Positions 9,201 through 18,600 of a DNA stretch of 64,000 bases are shown here, in pieces. Made by a program: the position numbers and the translations under genes. A model generated the notes under the pieces. The model saw only the letters and a program-made list of their open reading frames with translations. It searched no databases and was not told the DNA's origin. The first letter of the stretch is position 1, and every line of letters begins with the position of its first letter. Origin of the DNA: an uncultured Phycisphaerales bacterium (GTDB lineage: Bacteria > Planctomycetota > Phycisphaerae > Tepidisphaerales > Tepidisphaeraceae); the NCBI GenBank assembly GCA_963755915.1, contig CAVWLP010000003.1, positions 160,001 through 224,000 on the forward strand, in the 5' to 3' direction.

Positions 9201-10235
9201 ATGCGACAACTGATACTTGCAATGTTGATCGTGACAACTCTTGGCGCGTTGGCGATAGCCCAACGCACCGCCGATTTGTCTTCTCCGCCGCCGCCGCCGC
9301 CGCCTTCTCCTCCTGCTCCTTCTCCCGATTCTCAACCACGTGGACTCGTCCATTTTGACTTTTCCTCGATGAATATGGATCAGGTAAATGTATGCGCGGC
9401 AGCGACATTGTCGTGCATTCCAAACCCTGAATCTCGCGATCGCCAGCAGAAGCTCGCGATGAATCGCATCGCACAGCTCAGCAAGTGGACCTCCAGTTTT
9501 AAGGCTGCAGGTGGCAAAGATATTTTCGCCGTGATTGGAGGCGGGAATGGACAGATTGAATTGGACGAGGTGATTGTTCCGCTTGACGGCGCCAATCCCG
9601 ACGAATTGGAGAAGGCGATCCGTGCATTCAACTCGCTGGAATGGGTGTCGATCCCGCAGCAGAGTAAGCTCGTGGGAAAATCTTTGGTCTTTTCGTGGCC
9701 GGGGTCGGAAAAAACGGACAATCCGTTGGCCCACCCACCGCCCGAATGGGCCGACGCCTTGGGCCCTGGCAGAAGCGCGGCAGTTCGTGCTGCGCTTCCG
9801 GGAAATCTGCTAAATTGGACTCCGTCCGGTTTTATTTATTGCATGATGACCGGCGAATCTCCGCTCGGCGATGCTCCTTCGAACTCGCCTTTGGATTCCA
9901 TATCAGTGACTTCGATTTCTCTCAGTATCTCACCGAGGGGGTCTGTCGCTTGGAGTTTTCAGTGTGCGGATGCCAAGTCAGCCGATACCCTCTCAGATTA
10001 CATGAATGCTGGCTTCGAGAACTGGCGTGAGAAGATCAAGGAGAGCGCCGCGGATGAAAAGGGAGTCAACCCGCAGCAAAACGCCATGATAGCAGCGGTC
10101 AACGATCAATTCAGCAAGCTCCTAGCCATAATGAAGCCTAAAGCGGTTGGCTCACAAGTTACGACCATGTTGGATCAAGATGCCGTCGGCAGCTTCATCC
10201 TTCTCGCGACAGGATCGTTAGCGGGGGTTCAATAA
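9201..10235 (+). CDS. secreted hypothetical protein with polyproline linker
   Basis: GAGGAG RBS, signal peptide, SSPPPPPPPSPPAP. Confidence 0.7.
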   Translation: MRQLILAMLIVTTLGALAIAQRTADLSSPPPPPPPSPPAPSPDSQPRGLVHFDFSSMNMDQVNVCAAATLSCIPNPESRDRQQKLAMNRIAQLSKWTSSFKAAGGKDIFAVIGGGNGQIELDEVIVPLDGANPDELEKAIRAFNSLEWVSIPQQSKLVGKSLVFSWPGSEKTDNPLAHPPPEWADALGPGRSAAVRAALPGNLLNWTPSGFIYCMMTGESPLGDAPSNSPLDSISVTSISLSISPRGSVAWSFQCADAKSADTLSDYMNAGFENWREKIKESAADEKGVNPQQNAMIAAVNDQFSKLLAIMKPKAVGSQVTTMLDQDAVGSFILLATGSLAGVQ

Positions 10236-10248
10236 ACGATGTCTTATA

Positions 10249-10452
10249 TTATTCTACCTTTCGCGTAGCTTGCACCACGCCGACGATCATCTTACGCACG
10301 TCAATTGGCAATGTCGGCCATGCCATGGTCACCGTGGTTAGGTCAGCGTCTTGCTGCGCGGCAGGTGACAAGTCGGGTGACAAGCGATTTTCCTCGGTGG
10401 GCGCAAGTTGTTGATTCTCCTGCTCGTTGCGACCATCATTCAGGGGTCTCAT
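10249..10452 (-). CDS. detached alternative C-terminus of the integrase (DADLTTVTMAWPTLPIDVRKMIVGVV)
   Basis: Begins inside the att repeat with MRPL, the same codons and frame as the integrase at the other att copy. Its only upstream ATG is the reverse complement of the anticodon. Confidence 0.65.
   Translation of the reverse strand: MRPLNDGRNEQENQQLAPTEENRLSPDLSPAAQQDADLTTVTMAWPTLPIDVRKMIVGVVQATRKVE
10362..10390 (+). repeat. candidate integrase arm-type sites, right arm
   Basis: caggtgacaagtcgggtgacaagcgattt, matches 343-371. Confidence 0.7.
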
Positions 10453-10491
10453 AAACCCTTGGTCCTCGGTTCGAATCCGAGTGCTCCCATT
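10441..10491 (+). repeat. att site (displaced tRNA 3' half)
   Basis: Anticodon arm, T arm and 3' acceptor strand only; no D arm or 5' acceptor strand upstream. Confidence 0.92.
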
Positions 10492-10595
10492 GCGATTGAT
10501 ATTTGCCAGAATTATGTTTTAGTTTTCCCCCTGCGGTATAATTTGGTATTCCCGCCGGGCAAGGAGGCCCGCGATTTTGCCAGGGATGGTGCCGC

Positions 10596-11624
10596 ATGAA
10601 TCGAATCAATTCGGTTACAGTTCTATTTTTTGCCCTCAGTGGAATTCCCATGTTTGCCAGTGCTGGCCCTGTCGCCTCGGCGACGACGCAGCCGGATTTG
10701 ACGGTTCTGGACAAACTGGACGACAGACTGAAGATTGGGCAGACGGCGGGAAATTTCACGGCGCTGGCGGATCTGACCCGTCCGAAATTCATCTGGGGCG
10801 GCCGGGACATGCTGTGGATCATGCACGACGGGGCCGGCAAGCCGATGTTCGCCATGAATCGGGCGTACGATCTGAAAATCGGCACGCAGCAACCGGCCTG
10901 GTTCCTTCTGGAATCGCACGATTACTGGTGGGATGACCCTGACGGCCCAATGCTGATCTACACGCGCTTCGTGGATGCGCATCCGCTGGTGGTAGTGCGC
11001 GATCCGACCCGGGGCGTCATCTACCAGGCCCGCTGGGATTCCGCCCCGCAATCCGGCAGCGGGGCCATCACGCAAACGCGTAATATTTTTCTTCTTTGCG
11101 ATGGGGAACATCGCTGGCACCTGCTCGGCGAGGGACCGATCGGATCCCGCGGCCAATGCGGGGGCGACGAACAAATCAACGATGCCGTGGAAGCCGATGC
11201 GCGATGGGCGGGAAATCCTGCCCATCCCGTTGAATTGTCGTTCACGATGTTGACGACGGACCTGTGGGACTATGACGGCGAGAATTTCCATGAATCGATG
11301 ACGGTTCGGCGAAGAATGGCGCTGGGACCTGTCGATTCCTCGGGATATTCGAATCCTGAGGCGGTCGCGGATACGTCGCCCGGTCCGTTCAAGCGGCAGG
11401 GCGCGTATTACGTGATCGCTTCGAAAAGGGAATCTCTCGACTCGTTTGTCCGGAGGTTCTGCCGGCTGGATCTGCTTGGGATGAAGGATGAATCGCAAAA
11501 GCGCACCTTCGTGGAATCGACCGAGGCGGCGATTCGAAAGACAAATCCCGGGCTGAGCGCTGCGATCGCCAGCGGCCAGGCGATTGTCCTTCCGGAGAAG
11601 ATGTACCGGTTCGGCGATAACTGA
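10596..11624 (+). CDS. secreted hypothetical protein, possible degenerate C-terminal LysM
   Basis: Signal peptide then ATTQP; C-terminal IRKTNPGL..IASGQAIVLP. Confidence 0.65.
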   Translation: MNRINSVTVLFFALSGIPMFASAGPVASATTQPDLTVLDKLDDRLKIGQTAGNFTALADLTRPKFIWGGRDMLWIMHDGAGKPMFAMNRAYDLKIGTQQPAWFLLESHDYWWDDPDGPMLIYTRFVDAHPLVVVRDPTRGVIYQARWDSAPQSGSGAITQTRNIFLLCDGEHRWHLLGEGPIGSRGQCGGDEQINDAVEADARWAGNPAHPVELSFTMLTTDLWDYDGENFHESMTVRRRMALGPVDSSGYSNPEAVADTSPGPFKRQGAYYVIASKRESLDSFVRRFCRLDLLGMKDESQKRTFVESTEAAIRKTNPGLSAAIASGQAIVLPEKMYRFGDN

Positions 11625-11880
11625 ACCGGTGGGCGCGAAAGAGGAGTCGGTTGATCCGGGAATGTTACGTCGGGGCGTAGTGATTTCGGTGCAGGACGGT
11701 GGCAAATACCAAGGCACAAAAGGGCGGTGCAATTTGGGGACATCGAAAGAGGCACCCCGCACGTGGGGGCGGCTATACGGGGGGTGGATAAATCGATATT
11801 GCGGTTGGCAATTTCGGGGGGAAGTTGCGGGGTGCTCTATTTTCCCCGGCCCGGCGGGTTCCCTTGTATAATGCTGTTGC

Positions 11881-13398
11881 GTGGAACCATCGGCCAACGA
11901 GTTCGGATCGTATGCCCGGGTTGCGAGCCGGTATCTGCTGGCGATCGCGCTGGTGATTGTCGCGGCTACGGTTGCTTATTCGATTAAGCCGCCGATGGGG
12001 CAGAACATGGCCTCGCTGTTCTTCGGGGCGGTGGTGATCAGCGCCTGGTGGGGAGGATTGGGGCCTGGTTTGCTGGCCTCCGCGCTGGCGGCGTTTCTGG
12101 CGGGGGATTTTTATCGACTAAACCCCGTCGGTTCGCCGGGATTTGGGTGGGATGACTGGCTTCAGGGGGGCGTTTTTTTTGCCGTGGCGGTGCTGATCAG
12201 CTCACTGACGTCAATGCGGCGGCAGGCGGAACGGGCGGTGCAGAAATCGTTTGAAGAACTGGAGGCGCGCATCGAGCAGCGGACGAGCGAACTGACGCGC
12301 TCCAACGCCCTGCTTCGGGAAAGCGAGGAGCGGTTCCGCCTGATGGTGGAAGGGGTGGCGGACTACGCGATCGTGATGCTCGATTCGATGGGGCGGGTGA
12401 TCAGTTGGAATCCGGGGGCGCACCGCATTTTCGGATTTCCGCACGATGAGGCGATGGGGATGAATTTCTCGGCGTTTTATCCGCCGGAGGACGCCACGCG
12501 CGGAGCACCGGCGGCGGATCTTCTGGAAGCGGCGCACAAGGGGCGGCGCGAGGATGAAGGGTGGCGCGTGCGGCGCGACGGCGGGCGGTTCTGGGCAAAC
12601 GTGATTACGACGGCGCTGCGGGATGAGACGGGGAATTTGCGCGGGTTTGCGCAGATTACGCGGGACGTGACTGAGTTGCGGTCGCTGGAAAAGGAAATAT
12701 TGGAGATCAGCGAGCGCGAGCAGATTCGCATCGGGCATGACCTTCACGACGGCGTGGGGCAGGAGCTGACGGGGGTTGCGCTGCTGACGCAAAATCTACG
12801 GCAGCGTTTGGCGCAGCAGGGGCTGCCGGAGGAGGCGCATGCGGCGCGAATCGCGTCGCTGATCAACCGAGCGCTGGAGCAGACGCGGAAGCTTGCCCGC
12901 GGTTTTTCGCCCGTGGAACTGGGGCCGCAGGGATTGGAAACGGCGCTGCGGGACATGGCGATCAAGGTGCAGACGAGCATGCAGAGGTCTTGCGCGGTTT
13001 CCTGCCGGGGGGCATTGAAACTGGCGGACGATACGGCGTCGATCCATTTGTTTCGGATTGCCCAGGAGGCGGTCAATAATGCGGTACGGCATTCGAAATG
13101 CAGGCAGATTCGGATCGAACTTGTTACACTGGAGGACGGCACGACGTTGTCGGTGCATGACGACGGCGCCGGGCTCCCGGTCGCGGGACCGCGAAGCAAG
13201 GGGATGGGCATCAGCGTCATGCAATATCGAGCGAGGATGATCGGCGGATCGCTGGAGATAAAGAGCACAACCGCCGGGACCTCGGTCATTTGTCGTTGTC
13301 CGAACACGAGCGATCATGAATCACCCACAACCAGCCGACAGCAGGAAACGGCCGCTCTCCTCGGCGCGGCCGCGGTCGCGCGTCCTTCTGGTCGATGA
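11881..13398 (+). CDS. PAS sensor histidine kinase (DUF4118-like TM input, HisKA_3 type)
   Basis: TM region, PAS (SWNPGAHRIFG, RVRRDGGRFWANV), RIGHDLHDGVGQ, QEAVNNAVRHS, DDGAG, GMGI. Confidence 0.92.
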   Translation: MEPSANEFGSYARVASRYLLAIALVIVAATVAYSIKPPMGQNMASLFFGAVVISAWWGGLGPGLLASALAAFLAGDFYRLNPVGSPGFGWDDWLQGGVFFAVAVLISSLTSMRRQAERAVQKSFEELEARIEQRTSELTRSNALLRESEERFRLMVEGVADYAIVMLDSMGRVISWNPGAHRIFGFPHDEAMGMNFSAFYPPEDATRGAPAADLLEAAHKGRREDEGWRVRRDGGRFWANVITTALRDETGNLRGFAQITRDVTELRSLEKEILEISEREQIRIGHDLHDGVGQELTGVALLTQNLRQRLAQQGLPEEAHAARIASLINRALEQTRKLARGFSPVELGPQGLETALRDMAIKVQTSMQRSCAVSCRGALKLADDTASIHLFRIAQEAVNNAVRHSKCRQIRIELVTLEDGTTLSVHDDGAGLPVAGPRSKGMGISVMQYRARMIGGSLEIKSTTAGTSVICRCPNTSDHESPTTSRQQETAALLGAAAVARPSGR

Positions 13399-14023
13399 CC
13401 ATCCGATCGTGCGCGAAGGACTGGCAACGCGCATCGAGATGGAGGGGGACATGGTCGTGAGCGACATGGCCGAGACGGCTGACCAGGCGATCGAGCGGAT
13501 TCAGAAGGAAGAGCCGGATATTGTGGTGACGGATCTTTCGCTGTCGGGGCGGCCGGGGCTGGAGCTGATCAAGGATATCCGGACGCACTGGGCGAGTCTG
13601 CCGATTCTGGTGCTGTCGATTCATGATGAGGAATTGTGGGCGGAGCGGGTGCTGCGGGCCGGGGCGCAGGGATATGTGATGAAATCGCAGGCGACGGAGA
13701 AAGTGCTGGAGGCGATTCGGCGCGTTCTGGCGGGCGGGCTGTGGCTGAGCGAGCATATGAGCTCGGCGCTGTTGGGGCGGCTGACGAGCCGGCGGCAGAC
13801 GCTGACGCGCGACACGCCGTTGTCCAGATTGAGCGATCGGGAGCTGGAGATTTTTCAGATGATCGGGCTGGGGTTGTCGGTCAAAGAAATTGCGCAGCAG
13901 CTATTTTTGAGCAGCAAAACCGTGGAAGTGCATCGCGAGCATGTGAAGGAAAAGCTGGGGATGCGAAGCAGTGCGGAGCTTCTGCGGTTCGCGGTGATTC
14001 ATACGCTGGAAGAGGCGCAGTAA
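13316..14023 (+). CDS. NarL/LuxR-family response regulator
   Basis: LLVDDHPIVREG receiver domain; LSDRELEIF..KTVEVHR HTH. Confidence 0.93.
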   Translation: MNHPQPADSRKRPLSSARPRSRVLLVDDHPIVREGLATRIEMEGDMVVSDMAETADQAIERIQKEEPDIVVTDLSLSGRPGLELIKDIRTHWASLPILVLSIHDEELWAERVLRAGAQGYVMKSQATEKVLEAIRRVLAGGLWLSEHMSSALLGRLTSRRQTLTRDTPLSRLSDRELEIFQMIGLGLSVKEIAQQLFLSSKTVEVHREHVKEKLGMRSSAELLRFAVIHTLEEAQ

Positions 14024-14058
14024 CTTTCAATGATTTTTTTGACTTTCTTGGCGCGATT

Positions 14059-14084
14059 CCGCCGGTGGGGACACCGGCGGCACT
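14059..14084 (+). repeat. hairpin repeat family B (CCGCCGGTG-N4-CACCGGCGGCACT); other copies 24651-24676 and 60853-60878
   Basis: Three near-identical copies; this one lies between convergent genes and may also act as a terminator. Confidence 0.8.
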
Positions 14085-14099
14085 TAATTTCGGGGTTAA

Positions 14100-15557
14100 C
14101 TACAACAATGGGGAGAGCAACGAAACGGCGTTGTCGGCGTATTCGCTGATGGCGGGGCGCTTTTCCCATTCGTTGGAAGTTAGCTGACGGGAGCGGGAGA
14201 GATAGATGTTTTGTATATCGCGGAGGCGCTGGGTGATGGGCTGGCCGTAGAGGAGGACGCTGATCTCGAAATTGAGGGTGAAGCTGCGGACGTCGAGATT
14301 GGCGGAGCCGAAGAGGGCGAAGGCGTCGTCAACCGTCGTCGTTTTGGAATGAAGGAGGCCGCCCTCATAGAGATGGATTTTGACCCCGCCGCGGAGGAGG
14401 GAGCAGTAATGGGATCGTCCGGCGGCGGCGGCGAAGAAATGGTCGGCGACAAAGGGGAGAATGAGCTTTACATCGACGCCGCGATCGGCGGCCATCATGA
14501 GGGAGAGGATGGTTGCCTCATCGGGAACGAAATAGGGGGTGGTTAGGATAAGCTGATGCTGGGCGGACTGGATGGCGGCGAGGAGAAGGCGGCGATAGGT
14601 GAGGTCGCGGTTGGTGGGGCCGGTGGGAACGACCTGGGCGGGGAATTCCTGATCGGCGGGGTTGCTGGAAGGCGAATCCTGGCGCTGGGGATAGGGGATG
14701 TCGATTTCTTCGCCGGTTTCGAATGCCCAGTCTTCGGCAAAGACGGAGGCGACCTCGCCGACGATGGGACCGGTAAAACGGGCGGAGACGTCGACCCAGG
14801 GATTTCCGTGGCGGCCGCCGTAGTCGGGGTTGATGATGTTCTGGCTGCCGACATAGGCGATCTGGCCGTCGATGACGGCGAGCTTGCGATGGTTGCGCAG
14901 GTCCATGCGGGCGAGGCGGCGCCGGATGGGGGTGACGGGGAGAGCGGCGGCGACGTGAACGCCGTCGGAAATCAGCTCGCGGGAAAGGCCGTGAGGCTGG
15001 AAGAATTTTCTGGAGGCGAGGGCATCGACGAGGAGACGGCATTTGACGCCGCGGCCGACGGCGCGTTTGAGCTCGAGGGCGACGGCGCGGGCGGAGGAGT
15101 CGCCGGCGAAGATGTAATAGAGGAGGTTGACGGACTGTTTTGCGGCGGCGATATCGGCGCAGAGGCGGTCGCGGAAGATGCCGGAATCGGGGACGAAATC
15201 GAGACGGTTGCCGGCGAGGACGGGCATGCCGCTGATTTTTTCCGCCTGGCGGATCATGGGCTGGTAAGAGGGGGTGGCGTCGGGGGTAGTCGCGTGGGCG
15301 GCGCGTTCGGCGTGGCGCTGGGGATCGCGGAAGCGGGCGATGATGTCGCGATGGCGCTGGGTTCGGCGCGGGCCGAGACGGCTCTCGCCGAGCAGGAGAT
15401 ATAGAACCACCCCGATATACGGATGCAGAAAGATAATTCCGAGCCAGGCGACTGAAGCCCCCGGCGCGAACTGGCGGCGGAGGACGACGGTGACCATGAT
15501 CGCCCGGATACTCCAGCCGACGATGGCATAAGAGAGATAAAAGAGAAACCAGCCCAT
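14100..15557 (-). CDS. cls: cardiolipin synthase
   Basis: Two N-terminal TMs and two HKD motifs (RNHRKLAVIDG, LHSKTTTVDD). Confidence 0.92.
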   Translation of the reverse strand: MGWFLFYLSYAIVGWSIRAIMVTVVLRRQFAPGASVAWLGIIFLHPYIGVVLYLLLGESRLGPRRTQRHRDIIARFRDPQRHAERAAHATTPDATPSYQPMIRQAEKISGMPVLAGNRLDFVPDSGIFRDRLCADIAAAKQSVNLLYYIFAGDSSARAVALELKRAVGRGVKCRLLVDALASRKFFQPHGLSRELISDGVHVAAALPVTPIRRRLARMDLRNHRKLAVIDGQIAYVGSQNIINPDYGGRHGNPWVDVSARFTGPIVGEVASVFAEDWAFETGEEIDIPYPQRQDSPSSNPADQEFPAQVVPTGPTNRDLTYRRLLLAAIQSAQHQLILTTPYFVPDEATILSLMMAADRGVDVKLILPFVADHFFAAAAGRSHYCSLLRGGVKIHLYEGGLLHSKTTTVDDAFALFGSANLDVRSFTLNFEISVLLYGQPITQRLRDIQNIYLSRSRQLTSNEWEKRPAISEYADNAVSLLSPLL

Positions 15558-15669
15558 TGAGATGGGTTGATTATTGCGGTGCGGCGGAAGAGTTCAAATT
15601 CTTATGGGTGGGGACATCCGGCGCTTTTCTCTCTGGCGATAAATCGAGGATGAACGTACTCTGCAATCT

Positions 15670-18600
15670 GTGGAAACTGAAAGGCTGCAATTTTTGCGCT
15701 CTGCGCTGGGCCGGTTTCGCGGGGGAGACGGCTCGACCGATGGAAATGGGGGTAAAAACGGGAAGGTTGTGGATGAACAGCCGCTGCGGTCGGAGCTGTT
15801 CAGCGTTGTGCAACTGGAGCGGCATGCCAAGTCGATGGCGGGGTCGCATATCGTATCGGGGGGTGGGAAAGCGTGGGGGCGGCGCGATCGGCTTTTGCCG
15901 CGGCTGGCGGAGAACGAAGTCGTTTTGCGCGACGCGTATGAGGTGATCGCGGACGCGGTGAAGCGCGGGCGGCGGATTACCCCGGCTTCGGAATGGTTTC
16001 TCGATAATTTTCATTTGATTGAAGACCAGGTTCGGACGGCGCGGCGGCATTTGCCGCGGAATTACAGCCGGCAGTTGCGGCAATTGATCAGCGGACCAAG
16101 CGCGGGGTATCCGCGGGTGTATGACATCGCGCTGGAGCTGATTTCGCACGTGGATGGGCGCATCGATGCGGAGAGCGTGCGGGCGTTTATCGCGTCGTAT
16201 GAGTCGGTGAGCCCGCTGATGCTGGGGGAATTGTGGGCCATTCCGATCATGCTGCGGTTGGCGCTGCTGGAAAATCTGCGGCGGGTGGCGATTCGACTGG
16301 CAGCGGGAAGGCGCGACCGGGAACGGGCGCAGTATTGGGTGGAGCAGATGCTCGACACGGCGGCGGGGAATCCGGCGCACGTGGTGCTGGTTTTAGCGGA
16401 CATGGTTCGGGAGGACCCGCCGTTGACGACCGCGTTCGCGGCGGAGTTTGCGACACAGTTGCAGGGGCACAGCTCGACGCTGCTTTTTCCGATCACGTGG
16501 CTGGAGCAGCGGCTGGCGGAGCAGGGGCTGACGATCGAGCAGGTTTATCGCGAGGCGAGCCAGAACCAGGCGGCGGACCAGGTTTCGGTCGGGAACAGCA
16601 TCACCAGTCTGCGATTTCTAGGGACAACCGAGTGGCGCGACTTCGTGGAGGCGATGAGCACCGTCGAGCACACGCTGCTGACGGACCCGGCGGGGGTTTA
16701 TTCGAGGATGGATTTTTCGACGCGCGATAATTATCGCCATGCCGTCGAAGAAATCGCGCGGCACAGCAGGCTTTCGGAGGATGACGTTGCCCGCAAGGCG
16801 ATCGAGCTTGCCAGCGGGCGGGCGGCGCGATCGACGACGGAATCGGACGGGCGCGAGGGGCACGTGGGGTATTTCCTGGTGGATCGGGGAAGGCGGGAAC
16901 TGGAAAAGGCGTCACAGGCGCGGCCGACGATGCGCGAGCATATCAGGCGGGCGGCGGGCGGGATGCCGCTGGCGGTTTATCTGGGGTCGATCGTGGTGGC
17001 GACGGCGCTGGTGAGCGGATTTGTGGTGGGGATGGCGGCGCGTTTTGGGGCAGGGCCGTGGGGAATCGCCGGGCTGGGCGTGCTGATGGTGATCTGCGCG
17101 AGCCATCTTGCGGTTGCGGCGGCGCACTGGGCTTCGGCGCTGCTGGTTCAGCCGCAGGTTTTGCCGCGGCTGGATTTTCGGCGGGGATTCCGAAGGAGTT
17201 CCGGACGATCGTGGTCGTGCCGACTATTTTTGGTGAGCCGGAACATATCGATGAGATGGTGGAGGCGCTGGAGCTGCGGTATCTGGCGAATCGGGATGAG
17301 TCGCTTTATTTCGCACTGCTGACGGATTTTCGGGATGCGCCGAGCGAAAATATGCCGGAGGACGAGGCGCTGCTGAACCGGGCGCGGGATGCGATCAATG
17401 GTCTGAATGCGAAATATACGGCCGTCGCGGCGGAGGGGAATGGGGATGGGAATGGGAATGAAAGCGGGCATGGGCACGACACGTTTTTCCTGCTGCATCG
17501 GTCGCGGAGGTGGAATGAGAAGGAAGGGGTGTGGATGGGGTGGGAGCGGAAACGCGGAAAGCTGGAAGATTTGAACGCGATGCTGCTGGGGGCGGGGGAG
17601 AAATTCGATACGATCGTGGGGAACGTCGACGAGCTTGAGGGGGCGAAATTCGTCATCACTCTGGACAGTGACACGCAGCTTCCGCGCGATTCGGCGCGAC
17701 AACTGGTGGGGACGATGGCGCATCCGCTGATTCGACCCCTGCTGGATGGGGAGCGGGGCGAGGTCGTGGCGGGGTATAGCATTTTGCAGCCGCGGCTGGG
17801 GATAAGCATTCCCAGCGCGAATCGGTCGCGTTTCGCGCGGCTTTTCGCGGGGGAGCCGGGAATCGATCCTTATACCCTGGCGGTTTCAAATGCTTACCAG
17901 GATATTTTTGGGGAAGGCTCATTCACCGGCAAAGGGATTTATGACGTCGATGCGTTCAGCAAGACGGTTGGCGGGCGGTTGCCGGAGAATCGGATTCTGA
18001 GCCACGATCTGCTCGAGAGCGCGTATGCGCGGTCGGGGATTGTGAGCGATGTGACGCTGTTCGAGGATTTTCCGGCGCCTATCCGGTGGACGTGAGCCGG
18101 CGGCACCGGTGGATGCGTGGGGACTGGCAGATTCTGCCGTGGCTGGGGCTTCGCGTGCCGCGCGGTGGGGAGGAGAGCGAAGAGAATCCGATCTCGGCGC
18201 TTTCGCGGTGGAAGATTTTCGACAATCTGCGGCGGAGCGTGGTGCCGCCGGCGCTGCTGCTGGCGCTGCTGGCGGGATGGCTGCTGCCGGGCAGCGCGCT
18301 GTTTTATTGCGGCGTGGTGATCGCGATCCTGGTTTTGCCGCCGCTGCTGAATGGGTTTTCGGATTTCACGCGGCGGCAGCAGGACCTGCCGATCCAGCAG
18401 CACAGCCGATTCGTTCTGCGGGGCGTGGGCCGGCAGCTTTTGCAGGAGCTTTTCGGTCTCGCGTGCCTGCCGTACGAAGCGTATGTCAGTGCCGAGGCGA
18501 TCGCGCGAACGGCGCTGCGAATGCTGATTACCGGGCGGAATTTGCTGGAGTGGCGGACGGCGCTTGATGCGGAGCGATTAACGCGGACGGACCTGGCGGG

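Larger units (their letters stand above)
176..10491. mobile_element. tRNA-integrated genomic island (integrative element, about 10.3 kb)
   Basis: Bounded by a 51-bp direct repeat of the tRNA 3' part (176-226 and 10441-10491). Integrase, excisionase-like gene and TA pair lie at the left end. No phage structural, conjugation or replication genes recognised. Confidence 0.92.

Noticed and set aside
9285-9325. (CCG)n tract as a contingency locus
   Set aside because: It is a trinucleotide repeat encoding a polyproline linker, so slippage would not shift the frame.
10441-10491. Second tRNA gene
   Set aside because: It lacks the 5' acceptor strand and D arm, so it is the att duplicate.
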